Shown here piece by piece: positions 37,283-47,099 of a stretch of 64,000 bases of DNA. Below the pieces are notes generated by a model, which saw only the letters and a program-made list of their open reading frames with translations, made no database searches and was not told where the DNA came from. Each line of letters begins with the position of its first letter. Position 1 is the stretch's first letter. The DNA is from an uncultured Pseudomonadales bacterium. Its GTDB lineage: Bacteria > Patescibacteriota > Microgenomatia > UBA1400 > UBA12028. Position numbers and translations under genes: made by a program. The stretch covers positions 25,012 through 89,011 of the forward strand of contig CAZWPK010000004.1 of assembly GCA_964635905.1 (NCBI GenBank), in the 5' to 3' direction.

Positions 37283-38851
37283 GTGATGATGCTTAAACTC
37301 TTGATTCCCGTATTGGCACTTCTTGGTCTACTTGATGCCGGGTACCTTACCTATGAAAAAATGATGGGAATCGTTCCTCCCTGCAGCCCATCCTTTGACT
37401 GTGAGACGGTATTGCAGAGTTCTTGGTCATCCATCGGACCCATTCCTGTCTCGGTGATGGGGATGCTTTACTATACTGTCATCTTGTTTTTGGGAAGCCT
37501 TCTTGTTCTGGATGTGAAAAACATTCCATTTCGAGGACGTGGTGTCTCCCTATTTCAGATCGTGCGATTCGTCTCTACTGTTGGCTTTTTAAGCTCAATG
37601 GGGTTTGTGTATCTGATGGCGGTTGTGATTCAAGCCTGGTGTCCCTATTGTGTAATCTCCGCTGGAATTAGTACGGTTCTCTTCCTGATTGTGTATCTCT
37701 TGTCGCGCAGTCGCACCCAAAGTACCCAAAGAGTCTCAGAGTATCCCTTAAATCTGGCATTCTTTGCTTTTGTCTATCAGGTTCTCTTAAAACCAATTTT
37801 ATTTCGGTTTAACCCGGAAACGATTCATCATCTCTTTGTTCGGTTTGGAAAAATACTCGGGATGACTCCAGCAACGCGGGCATTAACACGTTGGTGTTTT
37901 TCCTATCCCAATTCTGTCCCCATTGTTCTTGCTGGTATCGATTTCACAAACAAAGTTGGATTATCCGCAGGGTTTGACTATGATGCGGACCTTACGCAGA
38001 TTCTTCCGGACATCGGTTTTGGGTTTGCAACCCTGGGTACAGTGACATTGCACCCATATGAGGGGAACACCCGACCAATGCTCACGCGCTTTCCAGACTC
38101 AAAAGCGCTTTTGGTAAATAAAGGCTTTAAGTCCATCGGAGCCCCTGCGGTGATTGCGAAACTAGAAGGGCAGACCTTTCGAATTCCCATTGGTATTAGT
38201 ATCGGGAGCACCAATAAGATTTTTAACTCCTCCAAGGAACAGATCGATGATGTGGTAAAAACTTTTCGGCTGTTTGAAGCTTCCAGTGTTGCGCACTCCT
38301 ACTATGAATTGAATATCAGTTGTCCCAACACCAAAGGAGGACAACCCTTTACGGATGCGAAGCGCTTAGATGCACTGCTCAAAGCCTTACGAGTGCTCCA
38401 GATTCAAAAGCCCGTGTTCGTCAAACTTCCCATCGATCTTGCGGATGGCTTAAGTCGGGCGACTACCCATACACAGCTACTCTCCCTGGTAGACCGAATG
38501 TCAAAAGAACCCTGGATCGTTGGCCTCATCAGTGGCAATTTAACTAAAGATCATGAAAATACTTCCGTTTCCACTTCCGACCGCACACAATGGAAGCAAC
38601 GCAAAGGAGGAATTAGCGGGAAACCTACCTTTGAACGCTCTAATCTCCTTATTTCCGCACTCCGCAAACGCTTTAGGTCTCGTTTTCTTATTATTGGGAC
38701 AGGAGGGGTTTTTTCCGGCGAGGATGCGCTAACAAAGCTTTCATCGGGAGCGGACCTTGTGCAGTTAATTACAGGAATGATCTATCAAGGCCCGCAGGTA
38801 ATTGGAGATATTAATTGGGTCCTCTCGGGAAAAGACTCTAAAAAAAAGTGA
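37283..38851 (+). CDS. pyrD: VKOR domain-dihydroorotate dehydrogenase fusion
   Basis: N-terminus 'PPCSPSFDCETVLQSSWS..GPIPVS' and 'WCPYC'; C-terminus 'NPETIH', 'GLSAGFD', 'GTVT', 'LNISCPNT', 'GGISG', 'GTGGV', 'LVQLITGMIYQGP'. Confidence 0.9.
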   Translation: MMMLKLLIPVLALLGLLDAGYLTYEKMMGIVPPCSPSFDCETVLQSSWSSIGPIPVSVMGMLYYTVILFLGSLLVLDVKNIPFRGRGVSLFQIVRFVSTVGFLSSMGFVYLMAVVIQAWCPYCVISAGISTVLFLIVYLLSRSRTQSTQRVSEYPLNLAFFAFVYQVLLKPILFRFNPETIHHLFVRFGKILGMTPATRALTRWCFSYPNSVPIVLAGIDFTNKVGLSAGFDYDADLTQILPDIGFGFATLGTVTLHPYEGNTRPMLTRFPDSKALLVNKGFKSIGAPAVIAKLEGQTFRIPIGISIGSTNKIFNSSKEQIDDVVKTFRLFEASSVAHSYYELNISCPNTKGGQPFTDAKRLDALLKALRVLQIQKPVFVKLPIDLADGLSRATTHTQLLSLVDRMSKEPWIVGLISGNLTKDHENTSVSTSDRTQWKQRKGGISGKPTFERSNLLISALRKRFRSRFLIIGTGGVFSGEDALTKLSSGADLVQLITGMIYQGPQVIGDINWVLSGKDSKKK

Positions 38852-38889
38852 ACTGAATGGGATTTTTAGAGTCTAACTTGACGTCCCTC

Positions 38890-38918
38890 TTGCAACTTGA
38901 GAAGATCTCACCTATAAT
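38890..38918 (+). promoter_or_regulatory. rpoBC sigma70 promoter
   Basis: TTGCAA-N17-TATAAT. Confidence 0.75.
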
Positions 38919-39037
38919 CATAAGACTTTGGGCTAGAGGTCAGTGGTAAGAAAAACGTAATTTTTCCTAAAGAAACAACTTAACGCAAGAGAGAGACAAT
39001 GTTTTACATTGGGAGCTTCTAACGTACAAGAAAAAAT

Positions 39038-39072
39038 AAACAAGGCATGAACACAAGAGTGCCTTGTTTTTT
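39038..39072 (+). terminator. Terminator/attenuator in the rpoB leader
   Basis: AAACAAGGCA-N12-TGCCTTGTTT followed by TTT, between promoter and start. Confidence 0.6.
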
Positions 39073-39099
39073 GTGTTCTCTATAGAGAGGTAACGCCGT

Positions 39100-42000
39100 A
39101 TGCAAACACTACGCCAATATTGGGGAAAACAAGACATCAAACTCCCGAAACTTGACCTTACACGTGTGCAACGTGAATCGTATGAATGGTTCCTCAAGGA
39201 AGGCATTCAAGAAGCCCTCAATGAAATTAATGCCGGTAATGGCATTGAAGACTTCACACGAAAGAACTGGAAGCTGGAATTTGGAGAATTTTCTTTAGGG
39301 AACCCTAAGATTTCTCCCGCAACCGCACGTCGTAAAGCCTTAACTTATGACATGCCGTTACGTGTCATGGCAACCTTGACGAATAAACAAACCGGTCAAC
39401 AAACTCGTCAAGAAGTCTTTTTAGGTGATATTCCTAAAATGACCCAAACGGGAACATTTATTATTAATGGTGTTGAACGTGCCGTCGTAAACCAGCTCGT
39501 TCGTGCTCCTGGAATTTTCTACTCCGCCGATATTGATCCCAACACGGGTCGCAGTCTGTATCATGCAGAACTTCGTCCCCTTCGTGGATCTTGGTTAGAA
39601 TTGTCGGTTGGTCGCGGAGATGTGATCACCGTCAAGATTGATAAACATCGAAAAATCGCAGTCACAACTCTCCTTCGAGCCTTAGGCTATGCCTCCAACG
39701 ATGATATCGTGGGTATGTTCTCCGATACGGATAAAAACCCCGATCATCAATACATTCAAGCAACGCTTGCCAAAGACACCACCGCAACGACTGCGGAAGC
39801 GTTGTTGGAAATCTACGAAAAAATGCGTCCTGGGGAACCAGCCGTCTTAGAGAATGCAACCGAACTGTTAAACGAACTGTTCTTTGATCCTCGTCGCTAT
39901 GACTTGGGCAAAGTTGGTCGGTACAAGATGAACCGACGACTCAAAGTGAATATTCCGAACGAAAAAGAGAACCATGTCTTGACCAAAGACGATATTATTG
40001 CCGCGATTAAATACTTAATTGGACTCCAGAATGGTCAAGGAAAAGTGGATGATATTGATCACCTCTCGAACCGTCGCGTCCGTCGAGTCGGTGAATTAGT
40101 GTTAACCAACGCCTTTAGAATTGGATTACTCCGGTTGGAACGTGCGATTCGTGAAAAAATGTCACTGTCCAAGACCGATGAATTATTGACACCAAGTTCA
40201 CTCGTCAACGCACGACCATTAATAGCGACAATTTCAGAATTCTTCCGACGAAATAGACTCTCTACCATTTTGGATCAAACCAATCCTCTTTCCGAAGTGG
40301 ATAACCTCCGTCGTTTGTCCGTGATGGGATCTGGTGGTGTGACCCGAGAACGTGCCAGTTTCTCCATGCGTGACATTAATGCCTCGCAATATTCTCGTAT
40401 TGACCCGGTCCGGTCTCCAGAAGGACAAAACATCGGATTGGTGACCTACATGTCCTTATATTCACGCGTTAATGACTATGGCTTTTTGGAAGCTCCGTAT
40501 CGTCAAGTGATTAAAGAAGAGAAAAATGGAAAAGTACTCATGCGTGTATCGGATGAGATCGTCTACATCGCTGCTGACGAAGAAGAAGATTACGTGATCA
40601 CCCACGCTGGAATTGATATCGATGCCAAAGGATACATTTCTGATGAATGGGTTCCATTTAGAACGGGAAACGAATTCTTAGAAGGATCTGTCGAACGTGT
40701 CCAACTGATTGACATCGTTCCACGCCAAGTCGTAGGAACCTCTGCCTCGTTGATTCCATTCGTGTCGCATGACGAAGCGATTCGTGCCTTGATGGGTACC
40801 CACATGCAATGTCAGGCTGTTCCACTCTTAAAGCCAAGTAGTCCGGTCGTCGGAACTGGGATGGAAGGCTCTGTTGCCGCAGCCATGGGACGTGTTGTCT
40901 ATGCTCGCCATGAAGGAACCGTTGACTTTGTTGATGGAAATAAAGTGGTCGTCACCTTAAATGACAGTGAAGTTACCGCCTTAAAGACCGAACAACTAGA
41001 AGAAAATGAATACGTGCATGTTGAAGGTAAAAAAGAAATTTATTCTATTGTGAAGTTTTACCGTACCGCTCAGAGTACCTGTTACTCTCAAAAACCAATG
41101 GTAACGGTAGGTCAAAAAGTACAACGTGGAGACATCCTCATTGATGGACCATCGTCACAAGGTGGAGAACTTGCATTAGGACAAAACCTACTGATTGCCT
41201 ATACTTCCTATGAAGGATTAGGTTACGAAGACGCGATCATTATTTCAGATCGATTAGTGAAGCAAGATTTGCTCACATCCATTCATATTAATGAGTATGA
41301 ATGCCAAGTGATGGATACAAAACTTGGGCCTGAAGAGCTGACTGCTGATATTCCCAACGTTTCTGACATCGAGCGACGTAACTTAACCACAGACGGAATT
41401 GTGGCAATTGGAAGTGAAGTCAGTCCAAACGATATTTTGGTGGGAAAGATTGCACCTAAAGGTGAAACTGAATTGACCGCTGAAGAACGATTACTTCGTG
41501 CTATTTTCGGAGAGAAAGCTCGAGAAGTCCGTGATACCTCGCTGCGTATGCCACATGGTGAATCCGGAACGGTGATTGATGTCAAAATCTTGGATCGAGA
41601 AAAAGGTGATGAATTAGATCCAGGGGTCAACAAAGTCGTGACGGTCAAAGTTGCCATTATTCGTAAGGTAACGGTCGGAGACAAGCTTGCGGGACGACAC
41701 GGGAACAAAGGTGTGATCAGTAAGATTGTTCCTCAAGAAGATCTTCCATACTTAGAAGATGGAACACCTGTCGACATTATTATTTCTCCATTGTCCGTGC
41801 TTGCCCGTATGAACTTAGGTCAGCTCTTGGAAGCACATTTGGGCTGGGCAGCAGAAAAGTTGGGTTACAAAGTGGCAGTCCCCGTCTTCGAGGAAGTCTC
41901 TGAAGACAAGATTACCTCCGAGATGACAAAAGCAGGCCTTCCAGTTTCTGGAAAAGTACGCTTGTATGACGGAAAAACTGGAGAATCGTACAGTGAAGAC

Positions 42001-42570
42001 TCCGTGGTCGGTGTCGGATATATCTTGAAACTCATTCACATGGTGGATGACAAGATGCATGCTCGATCAACCGGACCATACTCTTTAGTTACGCAACAAC
42101 CATTAGGAGGAAAAGCTCAAATGGGTGGACAGCGACTAGGAGAAATGGAAGTTTGGGCCTTAGAAGCACATAAGGCAGCCTATACCTTACAAGAAATGTT
42201 GACGATTAAATCGGATGACGTGTTCGGTCGAACCAAAGCTTTCGAGGCAATCGTGACCGATCAAGTGATTCCAGCAAGTTCAATTCCAGAATCATTTAAG
42301 GTCTTGATGCGAGAACTCAATTCGTTGGGACTCGATGTCGTCATGATGGAACCAGAAATCGTTGAAACCAAAGAGGACGTAGGAACCAAGGAAAACTTGA
42401 CCGATGCCAGTGGCCAAACGGTAGTGGCAGATGATCCGAGCATGATCTCAGATGCTCCGAGTGAGGATGCGGGTGGTGTAGTAACGGGAGAAGAAGATAA
42501 CTTTGAACAAGCCCAAGAAGTAGAGGACGACCGAGAACCGTCTGCAGAAGATTTGGCCGAGGAAGTCTAA
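39100..42570 (+). CDS. rpoB: RNA polymerase beta subunit
   Basis: 'GTFIINGVER', 'GDKLAGRHGNKG', 'GGQRLGEMEVWALEA'. Confidence 0.99.
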   Translation: MQTLRQYWGKQDIKLPKLDLTRVQRESYEWFLKEGIQEALNEINAGNGIEDFTRKNWKLEFGEFSLGNPKISPATARRKALTYDMPLRVMATLTNKQTGQQTRQEVFLGDIPKMTQTGTFIINGVERAVVNQLVRAPGIFYSADIDPNTGRSLYHAELRPLRGSWLELSVGRGDVITVKIDKHRKIAVTTLLRALGYASNDDIVGMFSDTDKNPDHQYIQATLAKDTTATTAEALLEIYEKMRPGEPAVLENATELLNELFFDPRRYDLGKVGRYKMNRRLKVNIPNEKENHVLTKDDIIAAIKYLIGLQNGQGKVDDIDHLSNRRVRRVGELVLTNAFRIGLLRLERAIREKMSLSKTDELLTPSSLVNARPLIATISEFFRRNRLSTILDQTNPLSEVDNLRRLSVMGSGGVTRERASFSMRDINASQYSRIDPVRSPEGQNIGLVTYMSLYSRVNDYGFLEAPYRQVIKEEKNGKVLMRVSDEIVYIAADEEEDYVITHAGIDIDAKGYISDEWVPFRTGNEFLEGSVERVQLIDIVPRQVVGTSASLIPFVSHDEAIRALMGTHMQCQAVPLLKPSSPVVGTGMEGSVAAAMGRVVYARHEGTVDFVDGNKVVVTLNDSEVTALKTEQLEENEYVHVEGKKEIYSIVKFYRTAQSTCYSQKPMVTVGQKVQRGDILIDGPSSQGGELALGQNLLIAYTSYEGLGYEDAIIISDRLVKQDLLTSIHINEYECQVMDTKLGPEELTADIPNVSDIERRNLTTDGIVAIGSEVSPNDILVGKIAPKGETELTAEERLLRAIFGEKAREVRDTSLRMPHGESGTVIDVKILDREKGDELDPGVNKVVTVKVAIIRKVTVGDKLAGRHGNKGVISKIVPQEDLPYLEDGTPVDIIISPLSVLARMNLGQLLEAHLGWAAEKLGYKVAVPVFEEVSEDKITSEMTKAGLPVSGKVRLYDGKTGESYSEDSVVGVGYILKLIHMVDDKMHARSTGPYSLVTQQPLGGKAQMGGQRLGEMEVWALEAHKAAYTLQEMLTIKSDDVFGRTKAFEAIVTDQVIPASSIPESFKVLMRELNSLGLDVVMMEPEIVETKEDVGTKENLTDASGQTVVADDPSMISDAPSEDAGGVVTGEEDNFEQAQEVEDDREPSAEDLAEEV

Positions 42571-42579
42571 AGGAGAACT

Positions 42580-45500
42580 ATGAAACAAGTTGTCGATTTT
42601 TCCGCTCTAAAAATACAGCTCGCCTCACCGGATTCGATTCGTTCCTGGTCCCATGGTCACGTGACGAAACCAGAAACGATTAACTATCGAACCTTAAAAC
42701 CAGAGAAAAGTGGGTTGTTTGCCGAAGAAATTTTCGGACCAACCAAAGACTGGGAATGTTACTGTGGAAAGTACAAACGCAGTCGCTATAAGGGAATCAT
42801 CTGTGATAAATGTGGAGTTGAAGTCACGCAAAGTCGTGTTCGACGTGAACGCATGGGTCATATTGATCTTGCAACCCACGTTGCCCACATTTGGTTCTTC
42901 AAAGGTGCTCCGAGTAAGCTCTCTCTGTTATTGGACATTTCTCCTCGTAACCTATCTTCGATCGTGTACTTTAGTCAATACATTGTCTTAGCAGTCGATG
43001 AAGAAGAACGTACCAAAATCTTAGAGCAATTAGATTTGGATTGTGCTCAAGCATTGGAGAAACTCAAAGAAGAGACGTCGGTGAAGATGGAAGAGATCAA
43101 AGAAAAGTTAACCGAACAAAAATCCACGATCAAGGATCGTGTCAAAGGTAAAGAATCCCAGGAACTCAAGAAAGAGGAGCTGGATCTTCGAGCCAAGCAG
43201 CAAATTGCTACCCTCAAAGATGATTTGGATGTTGCCACCGCGCAAACAGAAGAAGTCTATAAGACCATCAAGGAAATGGTAAAACGCTTTAAACCGCGAA
43301 CCATTTTAACGGAAGATGAATATTTAAAGCTCGACGAATACAATGCGGCAAGTCACTTGCGTGTGAGTATGGGTGCCGAGAGCTTGCTCGAAGTCATTCG
43401 ATCCATTGATTTGGAAAAATTGACAGGAGAATTGGTCGAAGAGGTTCGAGTTGCTCAAGGACAGAAGCGCGTAAAGGCGACCAAACGTCTGCGTGTTGTT
43501 GAAGGATTTCGAAAATCTTCCATTAAGCCCGAATGGATGCTCCTGAAAGTATTGCCAGTCATCCCTCCAGATCTGCGTCCAATGGTGCAGCTCTCTGGTG
43601 GTCGATTTGCAACCTCTGACCTAAACGATCTCTATCGTCGTGTCATTAACCGCAACAACCGTCTGAAACACTTAATGGACTTAGGGGCTCCTGAAATTAT
43701 TTTGCGTAACGAAAAACGCATGTTGCAAGAAGCGGTTGACGCTTTAATTGATTCCTCACAGACAAAAGTAACGCGACGTCGAACCATGAAGAAGCCATTG
43801 CGTTCATTGTCTGAAATGCTGCGTGGTAAACAAGGACGTTTCCGACAGAACCTCTTAGGTAAGCGTGTGGACTATTCTGGTCGTTCCGTTATCGTTGTCG
43901 GCCCTGAATTAAACTTAAACCAATGTGGTCTTCCAAAAGACATGGCATTGGAAATGTTTAGACCCCATGTACTGCGTGAGTTAATCAAGCAGGGAATTGC
44001 CCCCAACTTAAAGAGTGCCAAGCATGCCTTAGAGCGACGCTCTCCAGAAGTGTTCGATATTTTGGAACGCATCATTGAAAACTATCCGGTTTTGTTAAAC
44101 CGTGCTCCAACATTACACAAGTTGGGTATCCAATCGTTTTATCCTGTCTTAATCGAAGGAAACGCGATTCGACTCCATCCCTGTGTCTGTGCGGGATACA
44201 ACGCGGACTTTGACGGAGACCAGATGGCTGTTCATGTGCCGTTAACCGAACAAGCCAAAGAAGAAGCTCGAAGTTTGATGATGGCCCACCACAACTTGTT
44301 AAAACCAGCAGATGGATCTCCAATCACGGTTCCAAACAAGGAAATGGCAATGGGAGCCTACTACATGACCTCCATTGATGAGTCTCGACCCATGTCCCCG
44401 ACAATCTTTGCCTCCGCTCTGGAAGCCGAACGAGCATTGCAATCCGGGAAAATTTCTCAACGACAGCATATCAAAGTGCGCTTAACAATTGCAGGGAAAA
44501 CCTCGATTGTTGAAACCACTGTCGGACGAATTCAGTTCAATGCTGTCTTGCCTGAATTCTTGCAATTCATTAATGCGCCAGTAACTGCCAGTGCGATCAA
44601 AGAGCTTACCCGCAAGGCAATTGCAACCCTCTCTTCGGAAGAAGTGATGAAGCTGATTGACTCTATAAAGAATCTTGGCTTTGCTGCTGCTACCTATTCC
44701 GGTCTATCTGTTGCTGTCTCGGACTGTCAGATGATTGCCGAAAAGGATGGGATTATCATTGGGGCGAACAAACGAGCGGAAGAAATTGAAGATTCGTATG
44801 CGCAAGGACTGATTACCTTGGACGAGAAACGACGTCTTACCCAGCAAGTTTGGTTAGAGACCACCGATGAAATTGCTGAAAAGACCTGGGCAGCACTGCG
44901 TGATGACAACGCCGTTAAGATCATGATCAACTCTGGAGGAACACGTGCCAGTAAGGATCAGGTCAAACAGCTGGGAGCAATGCGTGGACTCGTCGTCGAC
45001 CCCTTAGGGAAAATCGTGGACATGCCAACAAAGAGTAACTTTAGAGAAGGTCTATCGATCTTCGAATACGTGACCTCTGCGCGTGGATCACGAAAAGGAT
45101 TAACCGACTCTGCGTTAAAGACCGCAGACGCCGGATACCTTACTCGACGTTTGGTTGACGTAGCCCACGAAGCGATTATTCGCATGGAAGACTGTGCAAC
45201 CACCAACGGAATCGAAATTGAACGCGCAGGAACTCGAGAAAGAGTGTTCAAACTTCGTATTGCCGGACGAATCCTTCTTGCCGATGCCGTTGACTCAAAA
45301 GGGAAGATCATCGTGGCTGCAGGTGAATTGATTGATGAAGAAAAGTCCAATGCCATTGAGGCCTCGGATGTCGCTGTTGTCAGTGTTCGTTCTCCATTAA
45401 CGTGTGCCGCACGAGTGGGAATGTGTTCTAAGTGTTATGGTTGGGATTTCTCAACTAAACAATTAGTTTCACTCGGAACCCCAGTCGGAGTCGTGGCAGC

Positions 45501-46275
45501 CCAAAGTATCGGTGAACCTGGTACACAGCTAACCATGCGGGTGAAGCACACTGGAGGTATCGTCGGACTTGACGTGACCCAAGGTCTCCCACGTGTGGAA
45601 GAGTTGTTTGAAGCACGCGTGCCAAAGAGTGTCTCTCCAATTTCGCAAGTTTCAGGTAAAGTTGCCGTTGAAGAAACAGAAGTCGGACGCTTGGTCAAGA
45701 TTGTCAATCCAAATAACGATGATGATGTGGTGGAATATTCCATTCCAATCACCAGCGTCTTGGCAGTCGAAGCAGGGCAGATGATTGCAGCCGGAACCCA
45801 GCTTGCCCATGGTCCATTGGATATCAAAGAAGTCTTAGATATTCGAGGAATGCGCGCCGCTCAAACCTATTTGATTGAAGAAATTCAAAAGGTCTATGAG
45901 GGACAGGGAATTCCAATTAATGACCGACACTTTGAAGTGATTGTCAAGAAAATGAGTGACAAACTTCGAATTGAAAGTTCTGGAAACACCGCGTTCTTAC
46001 CTGGTGAGATCATTGAGAAGTCACGCTTCTATGAAGAAAATCAATCCGTGTTGGCTCAGGGTGGAGAACCATCTACTGCGCAGGTCATGATCCTAGGAAT
46101 CACACGATCCTCATTGTTTACCGAGTCATGGCTATCTGCTGCCTCTTTCATGGAGACAACGCATATCCTTACGGACTCTGCATCCGAAGGTCGTATCGAT
46201 CAACTGGTCGGATTAAAGGAAAACGTCATTATCGGACGATTGATCCCAACCAGTCCAGATCGAGCCGCAGTGTAA
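42580..46275 (+). CDS. rpoC: RNA polymerase beta' subunit
   Basis: Zn finger 'CYCGKY..CDKC', active site 'NADFDGDQMAVH', 'SIGEPGTQLTM'. Confidence 0.99.
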   Translation: MKQVVDFSALKIQLASPDSIRSWSHGHVTKPETINYRTLKPEKSGLFAEEIFGPTKDWECYCGKYKRSRYKGIICDKCGVEVTQSRVRRERMGHIDLATHVAHIWFFKGAPSKLSLLLDISPRNLSSIVYFSQYIVLAVDEEERTKILEQLDLDCAQALEKLKEETSVKMEEIKEKLTEQKSTIKDRVKGKESQELKKEELDLRAKQQIATLKDDLDVATAQTEEVYKTIKEMVKRFKPRTILTEDEYLKLDEYNAASHLRVSMGAESLLEVIRSIDLEKLTGELVEEVRVAQGQKRVKATKRLRVVEGFRKSSIKPEWMLLKVLPVIPPDLRPMVQLSGGRFATSDLNDLYRRVINRNNRLKHLMDLGAPEIILRNEKRMLQEAVDALIDSSQTKVTRRRTMKKPLRSLSEMLRGKQGRFRQNLLGKRVDYSGRSVIVVGPELNLNQCGLPKDMALEMFRPHVLRELIKQGIAPNLKSAKHALERRSPEVFDILERIIENYPVLLNRAPTLHKLGIQSFYPVLIEGNAIRLHPCVCAGYNADFDGDQMAVHVPLTEQAKEEARSLMMAHHNLLKPADGSPITVPNKEMAMGAYYMTSIDESRPMSPTIFASALEAERALQSGKISQRQHIKVRLTIAGKTSIVETTVGRIQFNAVLPEFLQFINAPVTASAIKELTRKAIATLSSEEVMKLIDSIKNLGFAAATYSGLSVAVSDCQMIAEKDGIIIGANKRAEEIEDSYAQGLITLDEKRRLTQQVWLETTDEIAEKTWAALRDDNAVKIMINSGGTRASKDQVKQLGAMRGLVVDPLGKIVDMPTKSNFREGLSIFEYVTSARGSRKGLTDSALKTADAGYLTRRLVDVAHEAIIRMEDCATTNGIEIERAGTRERVFKLRIAGRILLADAVDSKGKIIVAAGELIDEEKSNAIEASDVAVVSVRSPLTCAARVGMCSKCYGWDFSTKQLVSLGTPVGVVAAQSIGEPGTQLTMRVKHTGGIVGLDVTQGLPRVEELFEARVPKSVSPISQVSGKVAVEETEVGRLVKIVNPNNDDDVVEYSIPITSVLAVEAGQMIAAGTQLAHGPLDIKEVLDIRGMRAAQTYLIEEIQKVYEGQGIPINDRHFEVIVKKMSDKLRIESSGNTAFLPGEIIEKSRFYEENQSVLAQGGEPSTAQVMILGITRSSLFTESWLSAASFMETTHILTDSASEGRIDQLVGLKENVIIGRLIPTSPDRAAV

Positions 46276-46293
46276 TACTAGAGTGAACATCAA

Positions 46294-46332
46294 AAAAGGG
46301 ACCCCAACGATAGTAGTTCGAGGGTCCCTTTT
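46294..46332 (+). terminator. rpoBC terminator
   Basis: AAAAGGGACCC...GGGTCCCTTTT. Confidence 0.8.
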
Positions 46333-46371
46333 GGTATTGTAACCAGCCTTTTGTTTGGGTATCATTTGGGA

Positions 46372-46953
46372 ATGAAATCACTGACGCTCGATCAAGTTAA
46401 AATCGCCATTACTTTGGGTACGATCGCAATTGCGATTGTTCATATCTGTTTTCCAACCTTAGGTATCGACACCACAACATTGGTTTTGATCGGAATTGCG
46501 ATTTTTCCTTGGATTTTCCCCATCCTTAAATCCATTGAGTTTCCTGGAGGTTTAAAGATTGAAATGGCCGACTTACAAAAATTAGGGATGGAGGCGAAGG
46601 AATCTGGGCTATTGGAACGAAAGAAAAAACCAACCAAAAAATCCTATCCCTTTGAACAAGTGACGCAAGTGGATCCTAATTTAGCTCTCGCGGGACTGCT
46701 AATCGAAATTGAAAAAGTATTACACAAAATAGCTGAGAAGAATTCGATCAAAAATTCATCGTCCTCCGTACTTTTGATTCGTCATATGGTCCGGGATGAT
46801 ATTCTGTCGGTGGAAGAGGGTGTAGTCCTCTCGGACCTTCTCACTTTATTATCCCAAGCTGTCCATGGTGCGGTGGTGGACCCCGAGGCTTCTGCCTGGG
46901 CAATCACGACCGGAATCTTAATTCTAGAAGCCTTAGAAGCGCGATTAAGTTAG
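46372..46953 (+). CDS. Two-TM protein with a HEPN/DUF4145-like C-terminal domain
   Basis: 2 TM plus 'LKSIEFPGGLKIE'; 'DPNLALAGLLIEIEKVL', 'LLSQAVHG'; TATCAT 6 nt before ATG. Confidence 0.6.
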   Translation: MKSLTLDQVKIAITLGTIAIAIVHICFPTLGIDTTTLVLIGIAIFPWIFPILKSIEFPGGLKIEMADLQKLGMEAKESGLLERKKKPTKKSYPFEQVTQVDPNLALAGLLIEIEKVLHKIAEKNSIKNSSSSVLLIRHMVRDDILSVEEGVVLSDLLTLLSQAVHGAVVDPEASAWAITTGILILEALEARLS

Positions 46954-46958
46954 TTCCC

Positions 46959-47099
46959 TTGTCTTGAGGAGGTTCTTGTGCTATTATTCAACTCTTCTCT
47001 GAAGCACGGAACGGTTTCTTTCAAATAAAGAAAACGGAGTAAGAGAAGATTCGTATTGATTCATTAATCAGTAAGGCAACCCGTGGGTTGTCTTTTTTT
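46959..47099 (+). promoter_or_regulatory. str operon promoter and structured leader with terminator
   Basis: TTGTCT-N17-TATTAT; stems 46993-47049 and 47054-47073; AAGGCAACC-CGTG-GGTTGTCTT followed by T5. Confidence 0.7.
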
